Assembly (NCBI GenBank): GCA_000004695.1
Contig: CM000153.2
Span: forward strand, 4,672,001 to 4,736,000
Direction: 5' to 3'
DNA length: 64,000 nt
DNA from: Dictyostelium discoideum
Lineage: Eukaryota
Part shown: piece by piece, positions 12,286 through 25,071 of the stretch
How the letters are laid out: the number at the start of each line of letters is the position of its first letter
How positions within the stretch are numbered: position 1 is the first letter of the stretch
Position numbers and translations under genes: made by a program
Notes under the pieces: model-generated
Told to the model about the DNA's origin: nothing
The model's database searches: none
The model's input: only the letters and a program-made list of their open reading frames with translations

Positions 12286-12315
<30 letters not shown>
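10931..12315 (+). mobile_element. TRE5-like tRNA-gene-targeted non-LTR retrotransposon copy (short, 5'-truncated or internally deleted) with 16-bp target-site duplication. Its 5' end lies 46 bp upstream of tRNA-Ala.
   Basis: Identical ACCATATTAATAGTGT at 10915-10930 and 12316-12331 flanks the element. It is oriented head-to-head with the tRNA at the characteristic ~48 bp TRE5 distance. It contains the ORF2 C-terminus (11091..11768) with the CCHC-like CQQCGEDETSEHIFFNC. There are three oligo(A) runs (11768-11840, 12140-12178, 12286-12315), the last abutting the TSD. Confidence 0.65.
11091..11768 (+). CDS. Non-LTR retrotransposon ORF2 C-terminal domain fragment (Cys-rich CCHC motif) within the TRE5-like element.
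   Basis: 225-aa ORF ending in oligo(A). The C-x2-C-x8-H-x4-C motif is typical of the ORF2 C-terminal domain of LINE-like elements. Confidence 0.55.
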   Translation: MMTTQSPEHNKFIPTPGQKEIMTKINSKHLPFKEIKKIINMKGRDLLWRYTLKALPKIYNMPCQQCGEDETSEHIFFNCKAHIKNTQEIFNYTLTKCGHTTHTWNVKILNHLQIALVANLIAIIFERIWHKRNKLIHDEKEIIIHRQQVIRELIKTQRAAWDRTQAVINKTLRIKSKQRPEEQNKLDSLISVKLFQFSRQGNSPFSPKKISETFQKKKKFPRAFF

Positions 12316-12318
<3 letters not shown>

Positions 12319-12749
12319 ATATTAATAGTGTTACAATTCAAAAAAAAAAAAAAAACATATTAAGATGGTTATTAAGGAAGAATTATATTAGTAATTCTAG
12401 AGAAAAAGTAACGAATAATTTAGTGATTTTGCGAGGTGAGATTTGATTAAGAAAATTAAACTATCTTGTTCAATCCTTATAAATAAAATTTAATAGCTCT
12501 ATTTATCGCCTTTTTTATCCTAACTTTGTGTAAAAGAATATCCACAATTTCATCAAAAACCTAGATCCTTAAAAATAAATTTAATTTAAATTATTATATA
12601 ATTGTTTAAAATCAAATAAAGAAAAATCTTGATAAGGTCATAAAAGGCAAAAGAATGTTTAATTAATATAAAAAAGTCAATAATATATTAATATCTAAAA
12701 ATAAAAAAAAATGGGTAACACTTTTTTATAATTATTTAATTAATTTATT

Positions 12750-13012
12750 TTATTTTATTTTTGAAATCAAATCATTTTTGAAATAGAATGAATAATCAAT
12801 ATCACTATCTTTTATAAAATCAAGCAATTCCAAGTCATTAGCTAACAATGCTCTTTTGTTAATTTCTTCAAAATCCCAAACGAAAAAGTCTTTGTGATTC
12901 TTGAAAATATAGATAAACAAATCTTTATTTTGAACAAATATTGAAGCAGATAAATAATCATCTTTAATGAATGAATTATCTCTATTTAAAATTTTAATAT
13001 CAACATTATATC

Positions 13013-13043
<31 letters not shown>

Positions 13044-14825
13044 ACTATTACTATTATCATCTTTTTCAGGTTGATTAAAATTACTATAAATAATATTAAC
13101 TATTTTTAATATTTTATTTATATTGGGTAATAGGATTTGAAAATCATTATGAACTAAAATATGATGAAGTATAATTGTTGAATGAATTGGATAGTTAATA
13201 TTATTTTCAACCAATAATTTCATATAACATAATTGATCTTCAATTCTAACTTTTTTTGTATTGAATAAACTTTTGGTAGTTTGAGGTGCATAACTATCTC
13301 TTAATGAAAGTGCTTTTGAAATTTCTTTTGTTTTATAACATTTATTAACTATTTCAACTATATTATAATCACTATAATAATTTGCAATTCCTAATAAAAT
13401 ATTACAAGTTGTATTTAAAGTTGACAATGGTGATAAAATTTTCGACAAATATGATGATAATGAACTATATTCACCACATTCTCTAGTGAAATCAGTGATA
13501 ACTCTAATTAAAGTATTTGTATTTGTAATATTTTTAGTTGTTACTAAAAAATCAAATATAAAAATTCTTTTAATTTCAATTTCTTGGGAAACTTTTTTTT
13601 CTTTTTTAAATTTTAATTTATTTTTTAAAATTGATAAAGTACCTTGTTGTTCATTATTATTACTATTATCATTATTAGGTGAAGAATTAATATTTAAAGT
13701 TGTTGTTGTTGTTGTTGTTGTTGTAGTTGTAGTTGTTGTTATATCATTATTTTCTAATCTTTCAATTTTTGATAATAATATATTATAATAATTACTATTA
13801 GATTCAGTTGAAATAAAACCTAAACTTGCAACATAAATTGAAGATTTAATAAATGGAAGATATTCTTTTTTAAAATTAACTTTTTCTGAAGAAAATGTAT
13901 CATTTAATTTATTATCTAATAAATAAGTAAAAGATCTATCAGAATATAATAATGGTGAACCCATTTGATAAAGACGTTTAAATACTTTTAAATCTAATAA
14001 AAGTAAATTTGAAAAATAATTATCAAATGAACCTGTATGTTTTTTTGGTGGATCGTAATTTAATTCATCTAATAAATATTTAACTACAAATGATCTATTG
14101 ATTGACATTAATGAATAATGTAATGCTTTTTGATGATCTTGTAAGCTTAAACCCATATGTTTATGAACATATTTTATAATTTCTAAATTTCCATATTTTA
14201 ATGCAACATCTAATAAATCTTCATCTTTTGAATAGGTTATTGAGTTTCTATCAGTTTCATGAAATAAACAATTACTACCATTACTAAATTTATTAGGATC
14301 TTCATTTACCATTTTAAAAAATTCAAAACAATTCATATGAATTGCAAATTTAATCAATGAAATATTTCTATAATGTGTAAATATTGGATGATGTAATTCA
14401 CTTTGAAATAAATTTTCTGAATTTGTTTTAAAAAATTCTTTTAAAACTTTTAAACCATTTTTACCAATTAAATTATTTTTATAATTTTTTTGATTTTGAT
14501 CATTTTTATCTTCATTACCATTATCATCATTATTATTATTATTATTATTACAATAATCGTTATTATCTAATTCTTTAAGATATTCAAATAAAAACATTAA
14601 ACCATTATATGATAAATCACTCTTTTTAAAATGATAATTTGATTTAAGTTTATCTTTTAATAATGAATAATTATTATTTTTTGATATCCATTCAAGTGTT
14701 ATTTTATCATATCTTGAAACTGAAATTTTAAATTTTGAATTAATTTCATAAACATAATTAAAAATAATATTTGATATATATTTATTTCTAAATACTAATT
14801 TATATAATCTATATTGATTTTCCAT
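12750..14825 (-). CDS. Hypothetical protein, 691 aa, with poly-Asn and poly-Thr tracts and possibly degenerate ankyrin-like helices in the middle.
   Basis: Uninterrupted ATG-initiated ORF (ATG at 14823-14825). No confident domain. Motif GNLEIIKYVHKHMGLSLQDHQKALHYSL is weakly ankyrin-like. Confidence 0.55.
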
Positions 14826-15511
14826 TATATTTTATATTATATTATCTATATTATTTATATTATTTATTTATATTATTTATTTATATTATTAATTAATTTA
14901 TTTATTTTTTTTTTTTTTTTTTTTTTTTAATTAATAAAAAAAAGGTCCAAAAGAATTTGTTTTATTGATTGAAAAAAAAAAAAAAAAAAAAAAAATCTTT
15001 TTTTTTAATTTCTCAAAAAAAAAAAAAATTAAAAATAAAAAAAAATAATTAAAATTAGATTTTAAAAAGAAATTCAGAGAATAACACCAAAATTTTCAAT
15101 TGTGAAAACACTGAAATTGTGTTGGTTAAAATCAATATTTTTTTTTTTTTTTTTTATTTATTTATTTATAATACTGATGATACTAAATGTGTTTATTGAA
15201 TCTTCTAATAATGTGTTGTTGATAATAATGTATAATCTAATGTTTTTTGTAATCAGTAATAATATTATACATAAATTTTTTTTTTTTTATTTATTTATTA
15301 TTTTTTTATATTAGTTTAAAAATAAAAAATATAATAGGATTTTTAAAAAGAAATTCAGAGAATAACACCAAATTTTAAATTGTTTACAACAACACTGAGA
15401 TTGTGTTGTTTAAAATGAATTTTTTTTTTTTTTTTTTTTTTTTATTTATTTATTTTTATTATAAAAAACATGAAACTCCAACCTAATGTGTTGATTCTAA
15501 TAATGTATAAT

Positions 15512-16323
15512 CTAATGTTTTTTGTTATCAGTAATTATATCAGGCATTATTCTTAGAATTTTTAAATATTCTTCGATATCAACTAATGATGGATATTGTT
15601 CTGGAATAAGTGGTATTGAATCTGGCCATTGTAAACCCATAACATCACAAATTAAAAATTTAGAATATGTATGACAATTTACATCTCTATTCCATTGAAC
15701 TGGTAAAATACTAGAATGTTGATGTTTTTCAATGAAACTATCAAATGATTCTTCTGCAAACTTAAGTAACTCCCAACCTCTTTTAAACTGATGATTAAAC
15801 TTTCCAGCCAAAGCGACCTTTTTAACATATTTTGATTGCTGTTTTCTATAAAAGCTAGCAGAGATGATATTTAAAAGAGGGTTATCTTCCTTTACTAATG
15901 TAAGGTGCATATCATATCCAGCGATATTTATTGGTTTATCAGCATCACCTTCTGAAGCACCAAGAAAATCAAGTTCAACAGACATATGACCTGAGCTTGT
16001 ACCAATCAATGCATCTGATTCATTTGAAATTACACCCTTTGGATGACATAATACCTAAATTAATTTTAAAGATTGAAACAATCCAATGGGGGAACAATTA
16101 GATTATCTCTATGTTATTTTCATATATTTATAATAATAGTACTGCTACGAATATTTTAAAAATAAAATAAATCCGAAAAAAATAATCATCCTATGTTAAT
16201 TTAATAGTAGATACATACAACGTAGACATTGTTTTTCTTTTCTTCATCAACAACATTGTCTGGTAATGGTATATAGTCCATATCTTCAATTTGTTTTTGA
16301 GAAGTAAATATATAATAGACCAT
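15512..16323 (-). CDS. Conserved hypothetical protein of about 200 aa. Two exons: 16323..16219 and 16054..15512.
   Basis: Exon 1 MVYYIFTSQKQIEDMDYIPLPDNVVDEEKKNNVYV ends at donor GTATGT. A 164-nt A/T intron ends in taatttag. Exon 2 VLCHPKGVISNESDALIGTSSGHMSVELDFLG… joins ORF 15512..16009 in phase 0. Cys/His-containing, possibly hydrolase-like, but family not recognised. Confidence 0.5.
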
Positions 16324-16791
16324 TTTTTAAAAAACTTTGTGCTTTTTATAACAAAAAAAATAATATTTTATTTTATTTTAAAATAAATATATGAAATAAT
16401 ATACAAAAATAAAAAAAAAAATTAAATTAAAATTAGTTAAAATTAACAAACGTGTGCCAAATTAAACTTTTTTTTATTTTTTTTTTTATTCCAATTTTTT
16501 AAATTTATAGAATAATTGAAATAAAACAGTTGTTTAAAAAGGAAAAAAAATCCCATATTCAATATTTATGATCTCTATTTAAGTAATCTTTAATGATTTC
16601 AAGATTTTTTTTATTTTAGGTAATGTTTTCAAGTTTAAGGTAAAATTGCCAATTGATTCATTGGGTAAATTTAAAATAAAAAAAAAAAAAAAAAAAAAAA
16701 TAATAAAAAAAAAATACAAGTTTATCATTAATCTCAATTTATACCAAATAATGAATTATCAATTTTTTAAAAATTCAGATTAAACCATTCA

Positions 16792-16824
<33 letters not shown>

Positions 16825-17076
16825 GGCCTTATTCATACCAAATAAAGATTCCAATAGAAATATGTATCATCAATTTTTAAAAAAATTCAGATTAAACCAT
16901 TCAATAATATTATCAAAAAAAAAAAATTAAATAAAATAAAATAAAACCTTTATTTTTTTATTTTTAATAAAATTTTTTTATTTGTTTTGTTTTGTTTTTT
17001 TTACGCTTTTAATAATACTTGTCTTTAAACTTTTTTTTTTTTTTTTTTTTTTAAAGGATCGATCGATCGAAACAAT

Positions 17077-17117
<41 letters not shown>

Positions 17118-17122
<5 letters not shown>

Positions 17123-18587
17123 CAGTTGTTACAGTTTTGGCTAAATTTTTTGGACGATCTGGGTCAATATTTTTACAAATTGCCATTTCATAAGCTAATA
17201 ATTGTAATGGAATTGCAGCTAAAAGTGCAGTTAAAATACCATTACTTGGAATTAAAATGGTATCATGAGCGATATGTTTAGCCAAAGTTGAATTATTTGT
17301 AATGACGATAGTATGAGCACCTCTTGCTTTTACTTCTTCAGCGGCGACTCTCATTAATGGAGAATTACTATCATCTAAAATGATCAAGATAATTGGTGTA
17401 TCTTGTTCAATGAGAGCGAATGGACCATGTTTAAGAGCACCACCACTATAACCTTCAGCATGACAATAGGTGATTTCTTTAATTTTCAAAGCACCTTCAA
17501 ATGCGATTGGTTCAGCGAAACCTTTACCCAAAACAAAGATTGAATTCTTTTTATAAATTTTTTGAGCGATTGCTTTACATTGTTCACGAACACGTAATGC
17601 CATACCCAAATTTGTTGGTAAACGATGAAGAGAATCGATTAACTGACGTCTTTTACCCTCTTCGATGCCTCTATGTTGAGCGAACCAATTTGCAACCAAT
17701 GATAATACTGTAACTTGTGATGAGAATGCTTTGGTTGAAGCTACAGCATGTTCACGACCTGCATTTAAATAGACACCACAAATTGAACTTCTTGCAATCA
17801 ATGAACCAACGGCATTTACAATTGAGAATCTTGGAATACCCGACTCTTCAGCCAATGTTAGGATACGTGCAACATCTTTAGTTTCACCACTTTGTGAAAT
17901 CATTAAAACACCGGCATGATTATGTGGGAGGGTATCTCTAATGATTTCAGCGGCATCAAAAACTTGAACTGTATCGAATGCACCTAAATATCTCATAATT
18001 CTTGCACCGAATTGAGCAGCAAAGAAACTTGTACCACAACCTGTAATAATTAAATTTTTAATTGGTAACAATAAATCTTTTGCATCTTCAAGACCACCCA
18101 ATTTAACACGAGACTCATCAGAGATACGACCACCATAATTCAATGCTCTTGAGATTGACATTGGTTGCTCCATAATCTCCTTAATGGTCCAATGTGGATA
18201 TGGTTCAGGTGATAAAGCAATGGTTTCATGTGCTGCCATTTCAATTCTACTTAAATCCAATGAATGTCCATCAGCTTTCAATACTGCAATCTCACCATTT
18301 TCCATTGAAATAAACTCTTTGGTATGTCTTGAAAATGCACCTGGTTCACTTGCAATAAACATACGATCCTTTCCAATACCAATTAATAATGGACTACCAT
18401 TTCTTGCTGCTACAATTTGATCAGGATTATCCTTACAAACTACTGCAATACCCCATGTACCTTGTAATTTCTTTTGTGTTTCTTTAATTGCATCAACAAT
18501 TTGTAATCCTTGATCTAAAAATAAACCAATCTAAAATTGAAAATATATTAATATTTATATATAAAAAGAATACAAAATAAAATACAA

Positions 18588-18661
<74 letters not shown>

Positions 18662-19291
18662 CATACTAATTGTGCAATAACTTCAGTATCAGTTTCTGAT
18701 CTAAAAACAATACCTTTCTTTTCAAGTTCTTCTTTTAATATAATATTATTTTCAATTACACCATTATGAATAACTGCAACTCTATCTTTATAATCAAGAT
18801 GTGGATGTGCATTTTTATCAGTTTTACCACCATGAGTTGCCCATCTTGTATGTGCAATACCAATAACATGACCTTTATGTAACTTTTTTTTTTTTTTAAA
18901 AAAATTTAAAAAAAAAATTAAAAAATTTAGTATTTGTATAGATTTAATTTATAATAAAAAAAAAACATACATGTGCTACAGATTTTAATCTTGTAATTGC
19001 ATCACTAGTTGTATTTAAACTTGCATATTTTGAAGTAACTAAATCATTATCTGATGAAATAGTTGTAACACCAGCAGAATCATAACCTCTATTCTCTAAA
19101 ATTGCTAAACCTTCTAATAAATAATTAATTGCTTCCTCTTTACCAACAAAACCAATGATACCACATGTATCTGATGATTCTAATCCATCAAATGAATCTG
19201 AACTATTATGTTGATATTGTTGTTGTTCTTGTTGTTGCTCTAATAAATGTCTTTGAGTAACCTGTAATCTTCTAATTGTATTTTGATTCAT
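17118..19291 (-). CDS. Glutamine-fructose-6-phosphate amidotransferase (GFAT/GlmS, isomerising). Three exons: 19291..18971, 18882..18667 and 18529..17118.
   Basis: Class-II glutaminase start CGIIGFVG…[10 protein letters not shown]. Motifs …[18 protein letters not shown]…HNGVIEN…SETDTEV. Two SIS domains are present. C-terminal …[13 protein letters not shown] corresponds to the GlmS signature DRPRNLAKSVTVE. Donors are GTATGT; intron 2 carries an (ATA)n microsatellite. Confidence 0.85.
18590..18657. repeat. (ATA)n trinucleotide microsatellite inside GFAT intron 2.
   Basis: About 23 perfect ATA units. Confidence 0.9.
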
Positions 19292-19734
19292 TCTTTATAA
19301 TATACAATTTAATTTTATATGTTTTTTTATTTCTTTTTTTTTTTTTTTTTATTTTCTTTTTTTTAATTGGATTGATAATATCTTTTTTGAATAAAAATAA
19401 TAATTCTTTATAAATTAATAAATAGGAAAAAAAAAAGTCTAAATTTTAAAATTATAGAAATTAGTTTTTGAATTATAATAAATGTATTTTATTTATAATT
19501 AAAAAAAATAAAAAAAAAAAAAAAAAATTGAAAAAATAAAAAAATAAAAAAATAAAAAAACATAATTTATGTTGTTGGAAATAAATAATTACGATAGTAT
19601 TTGATTTAAATAAACCCAATAATGGTTAGTTAATAATATATTTTAAAAAAATAAACAAAAAAAAACCACAAAAATTCAATGAGAATTTGATATCTTTCTA
19701 AATTAATCCAGTAATTAATTAGTTAATGAATTTA

Positions 19735-19774
<40 letters not shown>

Positions 19775-20421
19775 CCTTGGTTTCCTCCTTAAGAAATTTA
19801 TTTTTTGAAATGTTTTTTATTTCTATAGTAAGTTATATATTATTATTATTATTTTTTTTTTTCTATATTTGATAATTTGTAAGAAGAATAATAAATGTAA
19901 ATTAAAATGTACAAATAAATATTTAAATTTTAATTATTTTTATTATTATTAATATTATTTTTTTATTATTATTATTTTTATTATTATTATTATTATTATA
20001 TTTTTTAACACACATAAAATTTAAAAAAAATAAAAAAAAATACCCCTTATTTGTAGAGTGATTATCACCACACCTTTTTTTTTTTTATTATTGTTCTTTA
20101 ATTTTCATTTAATGTTATATTGTTGTTGAAATGAATAAAATAAAATAAAATAAATAAAAAATAAAAAATTAAAACAAAAGATGAACAGATAATCAAAAAA
20201 CAGAATAGCTTTTACAACACTTACAATTTGAATAATAATAATAATAAGTGTTTAATTTTAAATTTTATTTTATTTTATTTTTTTATTTTTTTTTTAAAAA
20301 ATACAAAATCTTTTTTTTTTTTTTTTTTTTTTTTTTTAGGGCTATGACAAGGCTTTGATTTGATAAAAACACGTCGGTTGGATTGTTCAACTGTTTTTAA
20401 TTTTCAAAATAAAAATAAGCG

Positions 20422-20462
<41 letters not shown>

Positions 20463-20606
20463 ATTTTTAATTTTATTTTTGATTAAGCGACACTATTTAA
20501 TATTGAAAAAATAGGTAAAATTTTCTTTGTTCCAATTTTTCACTATTATTTTTTTTTTTTTTTAAAAATATAAATTATAATTTTAAAAATTATATAAAAT
20601 CTTTTT

Positions 20607-20650
<44 letters not shown>

Positions 20651-20758
20651 CCCATATAATTTTAAAAATTTTTTTTTTTTTTATTTTATTTTATTTATAC
20701 AAATTTTTATTATTATTATTTTTTAATTTTTAATTTTTAATTATTAATTATTAAAAAT

Positions 20759-23030
20759 TTATTTTTTAAACCAACCTTTTGAAGAACTTTTTAATTTTTC
20801 CATTTCTTTTTCATAATCCTCAACTGCTCTGAGGTAATGAATTGGTGGCCATTGATTATCTTCAATATGTTTTTTAGTTTTATCATCTAATAAAGCAAAT
20901 TCTTTACGTCTACGCATTGGTTGATAATTTGAAGAGATGAAATGAAGACAAAACTTTTCTAATTGAGGAGCGTTATGTCTTTGAGCACAAATTAATAAAC
21001 CGATAATATCCAACTCCGATCTGAAAATACCAATTGTAGTAGCACGTTCAATCTCTTTTGAAATGTAAAGTTCACATAAGGAAACTAATCTACGTAAATC
21101 GAAACGATTGCCTAATACCAAAATACCAACACTATCACCCTCTTCAATTGGAGCATGAGCAGTGTACAAATATTCTAAAATCGCCATGAATGAATCAAAA
21201 GTTACATCATCAGACATTTCAACCTTGCCTTCTCTTTCAATGAAATTTCTACCAATTAGCGCATTTACAACATTTGAACGTGAGAAAATCAATGCTTTAT
21301 GTGCAAAAATTGATCTGCCTTCAACGATGAATTGAATATCAGATAGAATCTTTTTAGTAAAGAATAGCTCTTTACTAGTTTCACCCAATTGGTCATTTAA
21401 GAAAGTGCCAATCGATGGATTCAAATCTTCATTACCACCCAACACATTCTTACAAGCACTTGCTAAATACTTGAAGCCGACACTCTCTGCCAATGCAATT
21501 GTCTCTTGAAGTTGGTCATTCTTATCAAGGTAATTCAACACACCAGTGTAAAGAAACTCAATGAATCTATTGAAAACACGACGATTTATTGAACTGTCGA
21601 TTGAGATCTCGACAAATTCACCACTTGATTTAGTGCCGTCATCATTCTTTTCGTTTGGTTTAATTGTAACACTACGAATATTTTTAACCTTACCCTCATT
21701 TAAATCATCCAATTTGAACTCAGCTTGGTCAGAGGATAATGTGTATCCAAATACCCTTCTAAAGAATTCAGATGCTGAGCATAATATAACACGATGTGCA
21801 TAAACTGGTCTCTCTTCAAAAAATGTAAATTTAACATCACTAAATGATTCACTATTTAATGTTTCTCTCATCTCTTTATCATAAGAACTTGTAATAATAT
21901 CAATCCATGGTGCTTTACCTGCTGGTGGCATAACTGGTGGAATTGGTACTGATTTCTCTGATGATTTTGATGAAGATGATGATGATGAAGATGAAGAAGA
22001 TGAAAAGAATCCACCCTTTTTTTTAGCTGATGCTGATTTTGGACTTGTTGCTGTTCTAATTGCTAAACTAAATAATTCTCTTAAATTTGTTTGTAAAAGT
22101 GCACTAGTTTCAACATATCCTGAAAATCCTAATTCTCTAACTAAATTATTTGCTTCTGCTGCACTAACTTCTGGTCTCTTTAAATCATGATGTCCTCTTA
22201 AATCATTCTTTGTACCAACTAATACAATTGGTATATTTGGTGCATGATGTAAAATTTCTTTTTTTTTAAAATAAATAAATAAATAAATAAATAAAAAATA
22301 TTAATAAAACTAAATTATATTATATTATATTAAAAAAAAAAAACTTACCAGGATACCATTTTGCTCTAATATTTTCAAATGATGCTCTTGAAACAATTGA
22401 AAAACAAATTAAGAAAACATCAGTTTGTGGATATGAAAGTGGACGTAAACGATCATAATCTTCTTGACCTGCAGTATCCCACTATTTAAAAAAAAAAAAA
22501 AAAAAATAAAAAAAAAAAAAAATTGTAAATTAAAATTAATGAAATTGAAAAGATATTTTTAATTTTTTATACATACAAGACCAAGATTGAATGGTTTACC
22601 ATCAATCATTACATTGGCGCTATAATTACTATAATAATTTTAATAATATAATTAAATATAATTTTTAGTGTGAGAAAAGGACATGATCTAGTTTTTGATA
22701 TCCAATTTGGATTTTTTTTTTTTTTTTTATATATATTTATTATTTATATATATTATTTATTTTATTTTTATTTTAATTAGGTTATGCTTACTCAAAAACT
22801 GTTGGTACATATTCTCCTGGAAATGCATTGGTTGTATATGCAATTAATAAACAACTTTTACTATAATAATTTTCATTTTAGGTATATATTTTTGGTGTGA
22901 GAAAAGGTAATTTGGAATTTTTTTTTTTTTTATATTTTATTATTATTTTTTATTTTTTTTTTTAATTTTAATTAACTTATGCTTACCCTACAGCACCATC
23001 ACCTACTACTACTAATTTAATTGCTTGCAT
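20759..23030 (-). CDS. racA: RhoBTB-type atypical Rho GTPase (Rac-like GTPase domain plus two BTB/POZ domains), RacA-like. Five exons: 23030..22987, 22860..22792, 22629..22577, 22480..22348 and 22257..20759.
   Basis: Exon 1 [15 protein letters not shown]. Exon 2 [23 protein letters not shown]. Exon 3 [17 protein letters not shown]. Exon 4 [44 protein letters not shown]. Exon 5 [20 protein letters not shown]…, then poly-Ser and two BTB domains (…[15 protein letters not shown]… and …[12 protein letters not shown]…). All donors are GTAAGY/GTATGT. Confidence 0.85.
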
Positions 23031-23307
23031 GATTATTATATTTTTTTATATGTATGAAAAAAAAAAAAAAAAAAAAAAAATGGTTTGTTGATTGTTTTTT
23101 CAAATCAAAAAAAATCTTGATTAAAAAAAAAAAAATAAAAAAAAAAAAATAAAAAAAAAAATAAAAATAAAAATTGTGAAATTTTTTAATCGAATATTTT
23201 TATTTGAAATCATTCTCTAATAATAGACCATAAAAAAAAAAAAATTTAGTTTTTTATTTTAAAAAGTTTCAAATTTGATTTTTCTTTTATTTATTTCATT
23301 TATTTAA

Positions 23308-23342
<35 letters not shown>

Positions 23343-23788
23343 TTTTTTTATTTTCTTTTTTCTTTCTATTTTTTTTTATTTTTTCAAAGGCCATTGAAAA
23401 ATTTTTCACCCTTCTTTTTTTTTCTGACCACATTTTTTTTATGTGGGAAAAAATTTATTTAGTTTTTAACTAATTATATACTTTTTTGGAGTATTAATAA
23501 AATGTATTGGCCAAATTTGATAATATAGTTTAATATAAAAAAAAAAAAAAATAAGCATACTAAAAATTATAAATTTTTTTTTTTTTTTATTTAAATTAAG
23601 GGTGAAAAAATGAGTTAGTAATGATATAATTTTATTTATTTTTAATATAAATTTAGTTTATAAAAATAATGCATTAAAAAATACACAAAATGATATAAAA
23701 TATATAAAAAAAAAAAAAAAAAAGTTGCCATTCTGTTTTTTGAATTATTTTAATTAATTTTTTTATTTTTTTTTATTTTTATTTTTTA

Positions 23789-24839
23789 TTAATCAAGTTT
23801 ATAATTAATTTTTTTTAAATATTCTTCAAAACTTGTTAATTTTTTAATATTATGGGCAATTGAACGATCACCACCGTAAATATTAAAACCACCATATTCA
23901 TTAAAAAAAGCAAGCATCAATGAAACTTCTAAATCGTATGATTTTCCATATTCCACTGGATCAATAAATTGATAGGAAACTTTTTTATTTGTAACTTTGG
24001 ATATAATTTCAACGATTTGAATTGGTGTTAAAATTTCTGAAGAGAAAGGTACTGTTTCACCAGAGAATTTAATTGGATTTTTAAAGATTTCTCTTACCAG
24101 TAAACCCAATTCATCAATATCGCCATAATCCAATGACACTTTTGGATCACATGCCCATTTTAAAATGTATTTATCACTGGTACTACTTTCTTTTTCAGGT
24201 TGATAATAGTTTATAAAATTTTGAAAATACCAAGGTGCAATAACAAATGATGAAATAAATTCTGGATTTGATTTTGATAATTGTCTGATATGTTGTTCAA
24301 TTTCAACTTTGTTATCTAAATCTGGTGATTTAAATTTACCATTTGATAATTTATTTGGACCTGGTACAGTACTAAATATAAAATGTTTAACCCCACATTT
24401 CAATGCCACATCTGCTACCTTTATACCATATTCAATTTCTTTTTCACAATATCCTTGCGAGTTTGTAACAAGATATACACAATCACAACCTTTCATTACT
24501 TTTTCAATTTCTTCCTTTGGTTGTGATTCATCACATTTAATTACATCTGCTCCTAATTTCTTTAATTCTTTACATTTTTCTGATTCTGGATTTCTACTTA
24601 ATGTAATTACTTTAAATGAATCATCTTTTAATAATTCTCTTACAACTGATCCACCCTTTTTTTTTATTAATTATAAATATTATAAAAATAATAATAAAAA
24701 GAAGAATAATAATAATTTATTTTAATAATTTATTTTAATAATTGATTTAAAATTAAATAAAATTAATAAAAAAAATAAAAATAAAAATAAAACACACCTG
24801 ATATCCAGTCCCGCCAAAAACTAAAACTTTTTTACTCAT
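23789..24839 (-). CDS. NmrA-like family NAD(P)-binding protein (NMRAL1/HSCARG-like). Two exons: 24839..24798 and 24655..23789.
   Basis: Exon 1 MSKKVLVFGGTGYQ ends at donor GTGTGT. Exon 2 GGSVVRELLKDDSFKVITLSRNPESEKCKELKKLGADVIKCD… continues into ORF 23789..24496. Rossmann GxxGxxG and the overall pattern match NmrA-like proteins. Confidence 0.8.
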
Positions 24840-25071
24840 TTTTTATAATAATATTTAAAAATTGAAAAAAAAAAATATAGATTTTTTGAAAAAAAAAAAA
24901 TATAATAACATTTTGTAAAAAATAAAATATATACTTTTATTCCAAATAAAAGAAATTATTTTTTTGGGGTGAAAAATTAATTAATTATTTATTTTTTATT
25001 TATTTTTGAAATTTGTGTGTGTGTGGAAATTAAATAATTTTTATTTATTATTATTTTTTTATTTTTTTATT

